A stretch of 61,585 bases of DNA, counting the filler, from Collodictyon triciliatum (taxonomy: Eukaryota): the NCBI GenBank assembly GCA_043381765.1. It is 24 parts of 24 records of this genome, joined end to end, with 100 filler letters (N's around TTAATTAATTAA, not from the genome) between each part and the next. Parts side by side here need not be neighbours in the genome. Positions count along the whole stretch, not along the records: positions 12,983 to 15,478 come from JBHJMP010008777.1; positions 15,579 to 18,073 come from JBHJMP010008778.1; positions 18,174 to 20,668 come from JBHJMP010008779.1; positions 20,769 to 23,261 come from JBHJMP010008780.1; positions 23,362 to 25,849 come from JBHJMP010008781.1; positions 25,950 to 28,441 come from JBHJMP010008782.1; 18 more parts are not named here. The stretch is one strand, 5' to 3'. Below are positions 12,983 through 26,772 of the stretch, piece after piece (within the stretch, counting starts at the first letter, position 1; each line of letters starts with the position of its first letter). Made by a program: the position numbers and the translations under genes. The notes beneath the pieces were generated by a model. The model saw only the letters and a program-made list of their open reading frames with translations, was not told the DNA's origin and ran no database searches.

Positions 12983-13600
12983 GCCATTCAGATGGGTTTT
13001 CATGGTTTGGTGACCAGCCGTAACGTGAGCCGAGCGTGCATAGAAAGTATGGGCATTCCTCGATAGATTCAAGGCAGCTGATGACGACCTATATAATCGA
13101 GATAATTTAAAACTTCCAAAAATTGAATTAAAATAAAAAAATCAGAAAGAACTTTAATTATTCCCACCAATCCGTTTTCAGATATTTCACTGGTCAGTCC
13201 CCAGCGCAAGTCGATGAATACAAGGATGACACCCTTCTTCTTGGCAAAGTCTTTGAGTCTGCAACGGATTTTTTTGACTCATCAATAAACCGAACATATA
13301 AATGCTCAATCATGGATTTTTGTAATTGAATAAAGCAGTGCTACTTTTTTTCGGCATTTGCAAAGAACTCGTCTCTTTCTTTTTGCATGTCTCGAAATGT
13401 GGAGGACATGAAGATTCTCAAGACTCTGGCATCATAGACAACAGTCCATCTCCCTTCGCCATCAGAATAAACTGCGCCTGGAATCAAGCCTCTGCGGATT
13501 TTCTCATCAGCTGGTGCGGGTTCTCGGGTTGGTTCCATAAGTTTCTGGTCTCCAGATTCTTGCTGGTTGGTGGCGTCGGAAAACTCGCTTGTTGATTGCT
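12983..13600 (-). CDS. DUF4062-domain protein (TEP1/NWD/NPHP3/TTC41-like N-terminus), partial and spliced
   Basis: Exons read VLRIFMSSTFRDMQKERDEFF / LKDFAKKKGVILVFIDLRWGLTSE / VISCLESIEECPYFLCTLGSRYGWSP, which are the RxFxSSTFxDMxxER, DLRWG and GxRYGW signature motifs. Confidence 0.88.
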
Positions 13601-15753
13601 CGTATATCTTTATATTGATAGAATGCGAATATTTCATCATATTAAGAAGACCTCATAATATACTTTACACAAATTTTATTCTCTTTGTTCGACCAGCTCG
13701 GTTGATTCTTAATTGACTCATTTCTCCTCTCACTTTTAATTTTCATGATTACTCCACTAAAAAGGATTATTATTGATAGAAATTATCGGATAAATATATT
13801 TGGCTAGTATAGTGAGGGTTAAGACTCCACTCTTGATTACAATCTTGTTTGCTTATTAGCAAAATGATAGAGAAATAAATGCATCCTTAAATAGGTTGGT
13901 ATTTGAAAGTAAATGTAAAAATAGAACAAAAAAATATGGATAAACAATATAACATCCATTTATAGAATGAAAGACGAAGTTCTATCATAATTAAAAGTTG
14001 CTTTTAGATTATAACATTGGTTATTTTTTTTAAAAAGGATTCTGAGAAAAACAAATCATAATTCTTGATACCTTCAACCCACTAGAGAAGTTATGCTTGA
14101 ATTTTCTACATAAAAAATTGCTTACTTTGTTGAAGAAAGCATTCAATACGAAATATTCACCTCAAATACTTCAGAGTGAAGTCGATGCGAAAGCCTTCCA
14201 TATTCCCTTACTTACCTAATTAGCTCCCAAGGGATGACACCGAACTAAAAATTTGGTTAGGTGCTGTAATCTGAGGCGAAATCAAACATTCACATAATCT
14301 ACAAACTATTGGTTATACTTACAGATGATGTCGATTGTAACTAATCGTGATACATGGCCCATCATACCCTAGTAGATTTTGGAGATGGTTCGACAACTCT
14401 GCATTCTTCTTACACTAATTCAGATTAAGTCAATATGACATAGAATATTTGCCTTGCATGAATGTGAGCTAGGTTAAAAATGTATAGAACATTATGAAAT
14501 TTCATTTTAACTGTTTAATTTATGATAAATGATAGGCGACTTCATGACCCATGTAAAAGTTCAATTTTAAAACAGACAGATTTCGAGATGAACCGTATTG
14601 TCAGAGTTTAAAGCATAGGCGGTGCGAGTAGAACGACTAAGCTTCCTATAATTCAATATTTTTTTTTTAAAAAGAATCATTTTGTCTGATATGTCTGCGT
14701 TAAGATATGAGTCATGTGTGCGTGGGTGTAAGAAATACTCACAGGAAAGAGGGTGTAGGCTGTCTGCGAAAACGGCAGTTCAGCCATTAACCCCAGGTTT
14801 GAAAATATGCTCTTTCATCTGACATTTTTGAGATTGAGAGGTGTGCGGACTATTTGGAAATCTTCAAACGTACAAATCCTGCAAAAAAGGACTCATTCTA
14901 AAATTGGTAGAATGAGAGAGTAAATTATTTTTTTCCTTGAATCGAGTGAAGGGGAAAAATTATGTAAAAATGAGTACAGAACTGAATTTGTAGTAAATCT
15001 ACATACGTCAGTAAGAGGCTTCGTACTGTTGTAATTGACTGGTGTAGTGCCGGTGCGTTATTCGCAGTCTCACATATTTAAGGAGGGGCAATATCTTACA
15101 TATATATCTCTGATTAGGTATGTCATTTACAAGATAGGGTTAAACAACTTTTGAATAAGCTATGGAGATGATTCACATGTACGCATCTGCACTTTACATG
15201 GGTGCGTATCTAATAATTCCACATGGGAGGAGGATGTCCGAATGAGTGTTCATGATCGAAATAATGTAAAATTTTGGCATATCTTCTGTGTATTTATCGC
15301 GTTCATCAGCCTTTTTTATCTTTATTTTTTCATGCCTCCTTATGTAAAATAGAAGCAAATAAATTTCAAATATATTCTTCATGTATGTATGTATGTATGT
15401 ATGTATGTATGTATGTATGTATGTATGTATGTATGTATGTATGTATGTATGTATGTATGTATGTATGTATGTATGTATNNNNNNNNNNNNNNNNNNNNNN
15501 NNNNNNNNNNNNNNNNNNNNNNTTAATTAATTAANNNNNNNNNNNNNNNNNNNNNNNNNNNNNNNNNNNNNNNNNNNNCCCCCCCCCCCCCCCTTTTTTT
15601 TTTTTTTTTTCTTTTTTGCTGGAATCCTCTTTATGTGTCGAAAAAAATATTATAAATCCACATGCTTAAATTGGAATATCTAAGGATATGATGTTTTCTA
15701 CCCCTTCACCTGTTCACCTCTTCAACCCCATTTGTAGTTTTCTATTATTTCGA

Positions 15754-15806
15754 ATAATTTAAGTATCTTTTTTTTTCCTTTATTCGATTATAATTTAAGT
15801 ATCTTT
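15754..15806 (-). mobile_element. 19-bp retroposed LINE 3' tip with 17-bp TSD
   Basis: ATAATTTAAGTATCTTT (15754-15770 and 15790-15806) flanks TTTTTTCCTTTATTCGATT, the reverse complement of AATCGAATAAAGG-A6. Confidence 0.8.
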
Positions 15807-15811
15807 AATAG

Positions 15812-17150
15812 AAAAAGCACAACACCACAGATAAATCCTCTTCTTTGATCTTTGGCTCTCTGAAAAAGATCGGCAAACCACCAAAACCTGAAGATAAGAA
15901 TACAATTATATACGGAAAAAACAAGTATTTGGGCATGCGCAAGGTTTTGATTCACCTATTTATTCACTTATTTTTTGTTCCATTTATTCACTCACATGTT
16001 TAATTTCTATCTCATTCACGGATTTTTCATATATATAACTCCTGGCATTTCAATATTTTCAGAAACTCTGCTGTGGATTTTACTACTTCACACTCATCAG
16101 ACACCCTTTGGAGCGTCTTTTATCGAAATATGTTTCTCACAGTCCCCTGAATTCACACAAGCAATCTGTCCCATCAACAAGTTTTTATGATTATCTCATT
16201 CGAAATTCGAAAACAGAACACGCCAACGAACAATGCAAGCATCTCGGGATTGCGAGCAAATCTGTGTGTATACATACATTTCTTATACATATGTATTTGC
16301 GATTACCAGATTGACTAAAGTCCTAGAAAACCATAGGAAATCCCTTTGATTGTGGATTCTTTCGATCTTGTAATTGTTACCGACATGTTTGATGAAGGAT
16401 TGCTGCTTTTAAAGGACGAGTTTGAGATCGACACCATTTCATACAGCCCTCGAAGGGTATTTTTGAATTGATTTATTTTCTTGATACATCGAGGTAGTTT
16501 ATTAGTTCACTTTTTCGCTGTAATTCGTATCGGACAGGTCACTCAAGGTGTCCCTAAAGTCAAAGATATAGACAAGAGATACCGAACTTTGGTTGAATTG
16601 TAAAGATCTTTTAAATTATTTTATTTTTTATGGCAGATATCCATAATCTGAAAATTCCCTTATCGGCGAGCCCTTTTTCTGATGCATTTGTTTTACTTTT
16701 CAAAGACATGCGCTTCTTTCGCTCAAAGTTTAATTCCCAATATTCTCACACCCAGAACAAACTCGTGTGATGTTGCACTTTACAGCTACGCTAAGAGAAA
16801 AATGACCGAGAGACTAAACAAACGGTACGAAATACAATTTACGCGGTACAAACATAATTATATGATTTAGCTTAATGGTCGCTTAGGCAGTGTATATTTT
16901 CTTGCGATATTCATGATTATTGATTTTACCGGAAAAGGGAATAATTATATATATGTCCTTTTGCAGCTACAAGAGCAACAAGGCTATTCAGGAGAAGTTG
17001 AGTGATTTTCGTAGCGGACTCCCCAAAGCTGTGTGCGTAGATGATGAGCTCCCATCTGAAGAAAACGAGCCCCTTTGTGACTTGATGGATTACAAAAAGA
17101 TAGCCAACTACCTAAGTCAGATATTTTTGTATCCAGAAATCGAGCACTAA
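15812..17150 (+). CDS. Sulfotransferase, galactose-3-O-sulfotransferase-like (3' exons)
   Basis: Exons contain YYFTLIRHPLERLLSKY (3'-phosphate-binding motif), FDLVIVTDMFDEGLLLLK and NSCDVALYSYAK; stop codon at 17148-17150. Confidence 0.75.
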
Positions 17151-18634
17151 GCACAGAATACAGAATAAACAATACCAAACTAATTTATGATATCCCCTGT
17201 TTTTTTTTTTAACCCAATCACCACAAATATAATGCATAGTACAGTGGTTCTGCTTGAAATACATGGATCATATTAATTATTATATTTTTTGGGGCCTCAT
17301 GTGCCACAAGAACATGATCCTTAGTGTTGATATTTCGACTTTATTTTTATTGTATTTGTCTATTGTGTGTATTTGTGTATTTTAATATTATTTTAAAAGG
17401 AGAAAAACAAAATACGAGAAATATCACTGGGTCCATAGAATCGCTTAGGGATGCAATTTATTACGTCGACTAGTTGTGCACAATTATCGTTTGAGGAAAA
17501 AAAAAACCAGTGCTATAAGACAGCCCATGCCAAGGGATACTAATGTTGCACCTCCATAGATGCCACCGTAAACCTATTATATTGCATAATATACGACTTC
17601 GAATCAAATAAAGAGAAAAATAGTATACTAACTACAATTCCTAATGAGAAAACATATTGATAAATCCTAAATGTGTGTGTGAGTGGGGGGGGGGGGCGGA
17701 GGCTGTTGTTCTGTATTAGTTCATACTATAAATATACTGTAATGGAGATAATTTTAAAATCAATATGAATTTTTTTTCTTACCCAAGTTTCCTTCGTATC
17801 CGCTTATTATCTCCATAAATAATACCATTCCAAAATCCCTCTAGTGGCCCGAAGAAAAAGTGACACCAGTAGAGCCAGAACTGATGTGGAAAGAAACGCA
17901 GAATAACGAGTTTGTATGTACTAACCAAAGCTGAAGCTTTCATTTGCTTTCATTATTTCCTTTTTCTTATGTTTTTTTTTGTTGATTAAGAAAGCTTACA
18001 TTTGGGGACGGATCAAAAAATATGTAAATTCTATTAGCCATCGGCATCGCCCAAGTTACGATAAAAACGAGAANNNNNNNNNNNNNNNNNNNNNNNNNNN
18101 NNNNNNNNNNNNNNNNNTTAATTAATTAANNNNNNNNNNNNNNNNNNNNNNNNNNNNNNNNNNNNNNNNNNNNACAAACACACAAACACACAAACACACA
18201 AACACACAAACACACAAACACACAAACACACAAACACACAAACACACAAACACACAAACACACAAACACACAAACAACCTTCCTCCTCTCTGCCGGTCCA
18301 CTTGCCGGCCGTCTCTCACTTGTCGTCCTTGCAGGTGTCCCACCGGGAGAGACTCAGCGCCGCCCGTTCGCATGCGTCCTGCGCAGTCCCCGCTCTGCCC
18401 CTCGAGCCCCACAATAAACCCAGTATTCGAAAACCCACGAAAATAAGCGTATTTTCCTCGAGGCCTTTTCTTGCTCATTTCGCGGAAGCGTGGCCCCAGC
18501 ACCTTCCCGGAAGATGCGCGTTTGTCTGCTATATTCGCCTGTCGTGCTGGCGGACGAAACCTAAGTGTCAGCCACAAACCAAAGCTCATCTCATCTGAAA
18601 AGAGCATTCGATCGTTCGCCAAGGATTCACACGG

Positions 18635-20436
18635 ATGGGCGGCGAGCAAAGTCGTCCGACCAGAGGCAGGGAGGAAGAAAGACAAGGAACTTGTGATGCG
18701 TTCGAGGCGCGAAGAATCGGCCAGTTGGTTGGCGAAGTAGCAAGGAAGTACGCCCAACGCTCAGATCAGGTTCTCATACACATGCACCTCCGCATACACA
18801 TACACAAGTACATACCCACAGCTCTTTAAAATGCCAGATAGCAGAGAGTTTCGAGGTTGCTGACTGGGACGCAGCAAAACACTTTGCGCAATTGATCGAT
18901 CATTTGCTCGGAGAGACAGAAGAGGTAGCCCTAACATGCGCACGCAGACACCTGCGCACCAAAGGGAAAGCAATGGAATTATGCCGAGACGCAATCCATG
19001 GGCGTCTACGAGAGACACGCGAGGCCGTTGCCGGGCTTCGGGCCGGAGGAAGCAGGGCGCCTGGCTGGTTTGGGCGGACAGGGCGCTCATGCAGAATCCT
19101 GCACTTGGAGGCAATAGAGAGCCGAGAGGAAAATGCACAGATGAGCCGGGCCATAGAGCCGCACCAGTGGGGGACAGCATTGCTGGGCATGTGGCTGGAG
19201 TTTACAAGAAGCCGCGAATTATCTCTCCACAGATCTTTGCATCGGTCGCTTGCATGCGGGACGGAGCCCGAGAAGCCGACCGCATACAGGCTGCTTTGCA
19301 CAGGCGGCGTCGGGAATCGTGGGCGAGGCTGGTGGCAGCTGTCCGGGCCACTTGGTCTGGCGGCTGCTGTTCACATGGGGCGCCCAAACACGACGCAGGC
19401 GGATATCGGCAGTCCGGCTGCCACAAACGCCGCCGTGCTTGTTTATGTCGTCGACAGCCAGAACGGGCGTATCCAGATTCTGGACGGGGCAACCATGCAG
19501 TTTGTGGGCACGCTGCCACCAGATGCAAAGGAGGGACTTACACGCGGCCAGGGCCTGCTTGTGCACCCCGTTGATCTTGCTGTTCATCTTCCAACCGAGA
19601 TTTGGGGATCTGAACAGCCCAAAGCGCAGGTTGCTGTGGCTGATGTGCTGGGCAATAGGATTGTTGTTTTTCTTCACCAACCAGGCACTGAAGCCCCCAC
19701 TGGCTCGACAGGCAATGTCCCAACCAACGCACCGATTGTTTACAGGAGACGGGATGAAATGATTGTTCCTGGATGCTCGCATGGATCGACTTTTGTTGCA
19801 CCGCGCGCAGTGTGTTTCACGCAAACAGGCGATGTGATTGTTGCCGATGGCGGCTACGGGCCTCGTATCCATTGCTTTCGACTTCCCAGCAAGAGTACAG
19901 AGACCGGCAAAATCCTTCCTATATGGAGAATGGGACCTCCATGTTCCCCCGATTGTACTCTAGCTTATGGCACCGACACTGCACCTATGATACCAGCAGT
20001 TGCAGCTGTAGAGTCTCTTTGTGTGTCGCCCCGAAACAACGTCTTATTTCTGTGTCGACATGACCACCGCAGGGTCCATATTCTCGATGCCAGCAACGGA
20101 CAGTACTTACAGACAATAGGACTTCCGATCCCCACATCGGTATCGTTCAGCTCTCCGATGCCTGGCTCAGTTGCATCGCCGGGAGATAGCAATCTATCCA
20201 GTGAAGGAGTAGATGGGCCAATTGCCCCTCGTTTGGCATGTACTCCGGATGCAGGCTTTATTCTTGTGGACAAAACACGTTCTGCATTAGACATGTATGA
20301 CCCACAAGGGAACCATGTAGACTCTGTCTTTGCACCATCACCAACCGCGGCAGTCTTTGGCGCAGATTTTAATATATACGTGTCATGCGCACACGATCAT
20401 GCCATCCGGCAGTATGCATTTTCTTTTACTTCATAA
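18635..20436 (+). CDS. NHL-repeat beta-propeller protein with predicted N-myristoylation (2 exons: 18635-18769, 18838-20436)
   Basis: A 68-nt GT-AG intron joins MGGEQS...RSDQ in frame to the long ORF. NHL-like repeats: VYVVDSQNGRIQILD, HPVDLAV..VAVADVLGNRIVVF, FVAPRAVCFTQTGDVIVADG and PTAAVFGADFNIYVS. Confidence 0.72.
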
Positions 20437-20519
20437 GGCTACAAAGGTGGCTTCCTAACGGACTCCGGGTTCTTGGGGGTGGAGGGATGAGCATAAATCT
20501 TCAAAGAATAAATCAAACG

Positions 20520-20593
<74 letters not shown>

Positions 20594-20915
20594 AAAACAA
20601 TATGGACTCTGCGAGCTGTGAAAGATTGTGAAGCCTAGCCGTACTTTCTTAGATTTCTTTTTTTTCTTNNNNNNNNNNNNNNNNNNNNNNNNNNNNNNNN
20701 NNNNNNNNNNNNTTAATTAATTAANNNNNNNNNNNNNNNNNNNNNNNNNNNNNNNNNNNNNNNNNNNNATAAAATAATAATAATAAAATAATAATAATAA
20801 AATAATAATAATAAAATAATAATAATAAAATAATAATAATAAAATAATAATAATAAAATAATAATAATAATAACAACAACATTGTCCAGCAGGTTCAATA
20901 GGAAACTATTCACTC

Positions 20916-22900
20916 ACCTTTAGCTTGATTTGCAACCGCGTTTACACGTGGGCGACAATCGATGATGTAAAGGTGGTCACTCCTTTTATTCAATGCAGAA
21001 ACAGCTATGTAACAGTTAATTTACAGGTTTGCGTATCGAATAAAGAAGATCGAGTCGGGATATTTTCACTCGATTGCCGTGTGGTGGTTCTTTTGATAAT
21101 ATACAATCAAAGCTCACCTGTGGCAATTGTACTATGAAATATTACTGAAGTGATACATTCAAAAGGGAAAAAGCAAATACAAACGAAAGAACAGAAGAGG
21201 GTAAGAGCAAAGAAATAAAACGTATTAAAAACCTTTCAACAATTTTTCATCTTCTGCACATCTGTAACCGGTAATACCAGCTCGCGGTTGGCTTGAACGG
21301 CAAATGGTTGCACCTTTTTCAATTATAAACAGTTTATTTAACTTTATTTTTTGACAATATTTGTTAGCACGATTTCAATTCATTCCTGTCCATTTGAGAT
21401 TCATAAAAATTGATGAATGATTGGGTGAATAAATGGATCACCTGTCGACGGTTTTCTCCAGCATAAAGCTGGAATCCGGGCTCGGCTTCTAAACTGAGCC
21501 ACAGATTTAAGCTCACTATCCAGCATAATCGTTGGAACAGCGAAGCGCTTGTTGTAAGTTGGGCACAGACGAAACTCTGAGTTAATATCAGTGATCTTCC
21601 ATTCAGGATCTACATATGATGAAAGAAAATATTATATTTGGACCTGTAAACTACATTCTTTAAGTATTTTTCCAATAAATATACATCATAAATTTATTGA
21701 AGTTTCTGGAGAAATAACGAAATTTCAACACCAACCTGGTACATTCATCCTTGAAAAGTCTGACTCTACTGAGTAAACTGACCAACCATCTTCGGCAGCA
21801 TTTGGAATTGAGTGAAAAAATGCAAATGGCGAGCAATTGTCACATAATGTTTTTTGAACTCTCTTCCTGTTATCAGAGGCCTGGTATGTTCACATTCATG
21901 TGGGTGGTGTGAGTACAAAAATATGCTCAAACCATAACAAAGGAATATGCAAGCTGCTTCTATAAGTCTGAAAAGGAGGTAAACAATATTACATGACTGA
22001 AGCCCAATCGAACAATTCGAAAATCTTTGCATCGAAGCTCTAGACCGGCTGAGCGAGTGCCGGTTAGTCTATTATAATATTAAGTATGCCTTGACTACGA
22101 ATAACTTTTTTTTTGAGTAGAGAATTTTGCATCGATGATTTTTTAACATGTTTTGTAATGTTCCTACGATATTTTATCGACAGCTTCGATCGTATTCAGA
22201 GGGATGTCATATTGGAATCCAAGCGGACTCTAATGAGAATAGTTTTAGAAAATTAAAATTACTAAGTATTCCTTAGCCCATATGTAGAGCCTAAGACGAA
22301 GTAAAAATTAAAGAAAGAATTACATCTCCTTTGGACGAGGAATAAAGAACCAGACGGTAGTTTGTAATGAACAATCTAACTGGGCGGTTTACATTCCCAC
22401 TTATGAAGTCAACAACCTCGTCTATCTAAATTTAAATGGGTGAATAATAGTCTCCACATGTATATTAGATAAATACACAACGATCAGAAAGACACCTTGA
22501 TTGCGATCGATTCTCCATATAACAAGTCAACAGATGTCTCCTCACTGAGAACATCCATGATTGGAAGTGTAGCTGCTGTATGCCTATTCTTCTCACGTCC
22601 TTGGCTGCCTTGTTTTGTCGTTTTCTCTGACAACTCTGGTATGGCATTTGTTCCAAGAGTCGAAACAAGGGAAACTGATAGAAAACATTCGGTAAAATAC
22701 CGACATGGAAATAAAAAGAGGAGTGCAATCATTTTATTTCTCATAATTTACCATACCAACTTATTTAGATAAAACAGTCACGAAATAACATTGAGAAAAA
22801 AATGATAGCTTACATCTTTTATTCTTTCCTGATGAATAATCTACGAAATAATTTGGCTTCATGAATAATATGTTCATCGAGGGTTTGAATGGTGCATGAT
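20916..22900 (-). CDS. Myotubularin-family phosphoinositide phosphatase (GRAM region and start of the phosphatase domain; partial)
   Basis: Exons read RLFITNYRLV (GRAM-like), EWKITDINSEFRLCPTY...VAQFRSRARIPALCW, ICRSSQPRAGITGYRCAEDEKLL and LYIIDCRPRVNAVANQAKG. The catalytic CX5R lies off the contig. The start is approximate. Confidence 0.9.
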
Positions 22901-23209
22901 AACTCATATTATATAAGTAGATATCAGCTTCAATCATTTCGTGCGGCGGAGGTTTTCTTTTCTTTTCGTTTTTTTTTTTTTTTTAAAAAAAATAAAGTAG
23001 TCTGAATTGTAAGTATATAAAGATCACCAAAATTTACCTTCGATGAGGCGCTTTAGAGTCACCAAATTGGTGGAATTAGCAGGATGGCGCCCACTAGTGT
23101 CAGATATTTTTGGATCCGCTCCCTTCTCTAAAAGCAAACAGGTTGCTTTCATATGGTTTCCCATGGCTGCCATATGAAGTGGCGTTTCGCTATATATATA
23201 TATATATAA

Positions 23210-23261
<52 letters not shown>

Positions 23262-23547
23262 NNNNNNNNNNNNNNNNNNNNNNNNNNNNNNNNNNNNNNN
23301 NNNNNTTAATTAATTAANNNNNNNNNNNNNNNNNNNNNNNNNNNNNNNNNNNNNNNNNNNNCTTTTTCTTTTTCTTTTTCTTTTTCTTTTTCTTTTTCTT
23401 TTTCTTTTTCTTTTTCTTTTTCTTTTTCTTTTTCTTTTTCTTTTTCTTTTTCTTTTTATATACGATTTTCTTCTTGAAGTATTATACCACGAAAATCAAT
23501 CTATCCAAACATTATTTGCGAACAAGTATTCTGAGCTCTGAATACAG

Positions 23548-23937
23548 GAAACTATCTGGCTGTTGGGTCGCACGACAACTTTATTGATATTTATGACTGT
23601 GAGCAAAACTTTGCTCTCATAAATACCTGCAAAGTATATTTTGGACTCATACCCATCAAATAGCACATAAATGTACTAGTACCAGCATCGCATGTATTCA
23701 TTTCTTACCTCAAACAATTTTGGAGACAGTTCGGTTCAAATAATTACTGTAACGCAGGGGCATTCAAGCTATATAACTCACTTGGATTGGTCGCTTGACT
23801 CTCAATTCATGCAGAGCAACTGCGGCGCTCATGAGCAATTATTTTGTAAGCTTTGACTTTTCTATCGTCATATCCCCACAAACCTTCAATAGCGTCTGAA
23901 ATCATGGGACTCAAATATCCAGTCTAATTCAGATATC

Positions 23938-23988
<51 letters not shown>

Positions 23989-24988
23989 CAGGGAGTATAC
24001 CCTCATGCCAGAGAGCCTCGAAATCTGCCACTTCAGATGCCGAATGGGCGACATATACATGCTCGATTGGTTGGCACGTCCAGGGTACTGTTCTTGTTAT
24101 TTCTGTTAAGTTTAATATAATATGCTCTTAAGCACAAGTCGAAAATCCTGCACCGAATACTTGCAGACAACTTTACGCTCCTTGTTGAGTTTCTGAAGAT
24201 ACACATATCTTATTTTTTTTTCTGTGATGTAAGGTATTTGGCCAAAGTTTAGTGATAAAACAGACGTGAATTCTGTTGACCGCTCCCACAGCCAAGTTGT
24301 TTTTCCTAACATAGATATCGAATTCTATTTACATGTTTTTGTATTTATGGATCATTCTTTTGTTAGAATAGGCCTTATCAATACTAAACTTCTGCGAAAT
24401 GAACAGAAATACCTCGTCAGTGGCGATGATTTCGGCTCCGTTAACCTATTGAGATTCCCTGCTGTTGAAAAAAATGTAGTAATGCCAATAAATCGCATAT
24501 CTTATGACCACGTGGTATCATCCTATGTATCACATTGCTGTATATTCCCACATGATGAACTCATTTCTAACTCACCTTTTTTTTATCGCCTCGTTTTCTG
24601 GTTTTATTTGTGTTTTTCTACTGCTTTTGTGACAAGCAATCGTCCCGGAAGTTTCGAGGCCACTCTTCCCACGTTACTTGTGTTCGCTTCAGCTCTGATG
24701 ATTCGACTATAATGACGGCTGGCGGGGCTGATTTGTGTCTGATGCAATGGACTGTTGCAGAAAACATGTCCAAAGTGGAGCAACCGGCCAAGATTGAACG
24801 TATGGATAACAATATAATAGTGAAATTCATAACCTTGTCGTTCTGGAAAAAAAAAAATCACTTTATTGCCACCTTTACTTATTTGCCAATTGTTCACTGC
24901 ACCTATATACACATAATGTATCATCTGCTCAGACTCGCAAGATTTGGAGGATGAATTGGAGCTCAGGTCAAACGTCCTTTGCAAATAA
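23548..24988 (+). CDS. Echinoderm microtubule-associated protein-like (EML5/6-type) WD40 protein, 3' exons
   Basis: Exons read YLAVGSHDNFIDIY, GHSSYITHLDWS, WATYTCSIGWHVQGIWP, YLVSGDDFGSVNLLRFPA and FRGHSSHVTCVRFS; the inferred last exon ends in TAA at 24986-24988. Confidence 0.92.
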
Positions 24989-25949
24989 GCAGACAAGCTC
25001 GTTACATCAAAGATAACTTCATAAAAAAAAAAAAAAAGACATATATATCGGGCTGCTTCAGCACAAGTGGTGGATGGAATATCGCAAAGATGAATAAAAG
25101 CCATCCACACCGCACAGAGAGAAGGAAACAATTCTCTATAAAGGAAAAAAAGAAGGAAGAATTATAACAAAGCAAACGTATTGAAAGAGAAAGCATGAAT
25201 CTAAACGCTACAAAGAAACATCTGTCTGGCACTCCTCGAGGATGGAGATTCCGATGCCAAGCTTTTAACCCCGACAACAGCAATTCTTGTCCTTTTCATC
25301 TTTTTTTTTCTTTTTCTTTCCAAGGGCCAAGAGAGAAGAAACTGTTTCTGTGCAGGAGAAAAGCTTTGTTGCGTCGGTCGCATTTCCATTCATCGCTTTG
25401 GTTTGGTGGCGCATGAAGGAAACTCAAAAGGATATATTTGGCATTGCAAAACGCGCCGGAATGAACCGAAACGGGCGATGTTTTCCTCTCAAATGGGACG
25501 GAAGTGGATATCAAGTGGAGCAGCAGAAACGACACAAAGTGCAGAAAACCAAAGAGAGAGAAAAGCCCGAAGGGAGTGTGATCGATGCAGCGGAAGGACG
25601 GCTTGAGGCCTTTGATTCTGATTGGAGGCGTGCCTTTCGTGCTCTTTCTTCTCTTTTTTATTCTCTCTTTTTTTTATTCTCTCTTTTTTTTATTCTCTCT
25701 TTTTTTTTTTCTCTCTTTTTTTTTTTCTCTCTTTTTTTTTTTCTCTCTTTTTTTTATTCTCTCTTTTTTTTATTCTCTCTTTTTTTTATTCTCTCTTTTT
25801 TTTATTCTCTCTTTTTTTTATTCTCTCTTTTTTTTATTCTCTCTTTTTTNNNNNNNNNNNNNNNNNNNNNNNNNNNNNNNNNNNNNNNNNNNNTTAATTA
25901 ATTAANNNNNNNNNNNNNNNNNNNNNNNNNNNNNNNNNNNNNNNNNNNN

Positions 25950-26044
<95 letters not shown>

Positions 26045-26095
26045 TGTAAAGTGCTTTGTAGTCGAAACCTTAATGCCTCCCTCATTTTTTTCTGC

Positions 26096-26772
26096 ACTGA
26101 ATGTCAGTATATTCTGTTTGGGCTGATGCAAACTGCTTTGCGATTTGTGGAGATAGTCACAGAGTTTCCAGAGCCTCACGATTCTGTTGGGTCTTTAACT
26201 GCAGCAATATCAATTGTTCTACACGTATGTTCTTCACCTTTAGCCCAGAAGCCACTTGGATATGAGATTGTATATAAATCGAAAAAATAATTTTGATTCG
26301 TTCCTTTTTACTTCTGAATCCTACGAGTTGTTACGAATATGTGGTCAAATGCATCTAAACCAAGCTTTGTTTGGTATTCACAGCTCCTTTCTATTGGCCT
26401 TGGGTCATTCCTTCTGTTTTATAACGACGGTAATTATATGAATTTATATGTGCGCAATCCTTCTAATCAGTTTTTTGAATTCGTTTTGCAATCAACAACA
26501 CCAAAAAAAAGTACAAACAACATCACTTTACCAATTTTTCTAATACTTAAGCTGGAATGAAATCAACCTTATTTCTTATTGTTTCCCCCCTTTAGATTGT
26601 GTTTTTTTACGATAAATATATATGCGATGATATAATAGAGTAATTGCCCCATACTCAAACCAAAATCAATTAGGTGAGCTACACAAATTCGCTACTTTGG
26701 AGGAAGAATACCGCGTCGGGCATGTGCTATTCTCTACAGAAAGCCTGAACGACGTCAAACTCAAGATATAAA
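26096..26772 (+). CDS. Possible terminal exons of an unidentified protein
   Basis: Open coding-like segments between AT-rich intron-like DNA (ECQYILFGLMQTALRFVEI..., ESYELLRICGQMHL..., ELHKFATLEEEYRVG...*). No family recognised. Confidence 0.3.

Noticed and set aside
14100-15270. Possible minus-strand exons upstream of the DUF4062 gene
   Set aside because: Splice-like signals are present, but no coherent frame or family could be established by eye.
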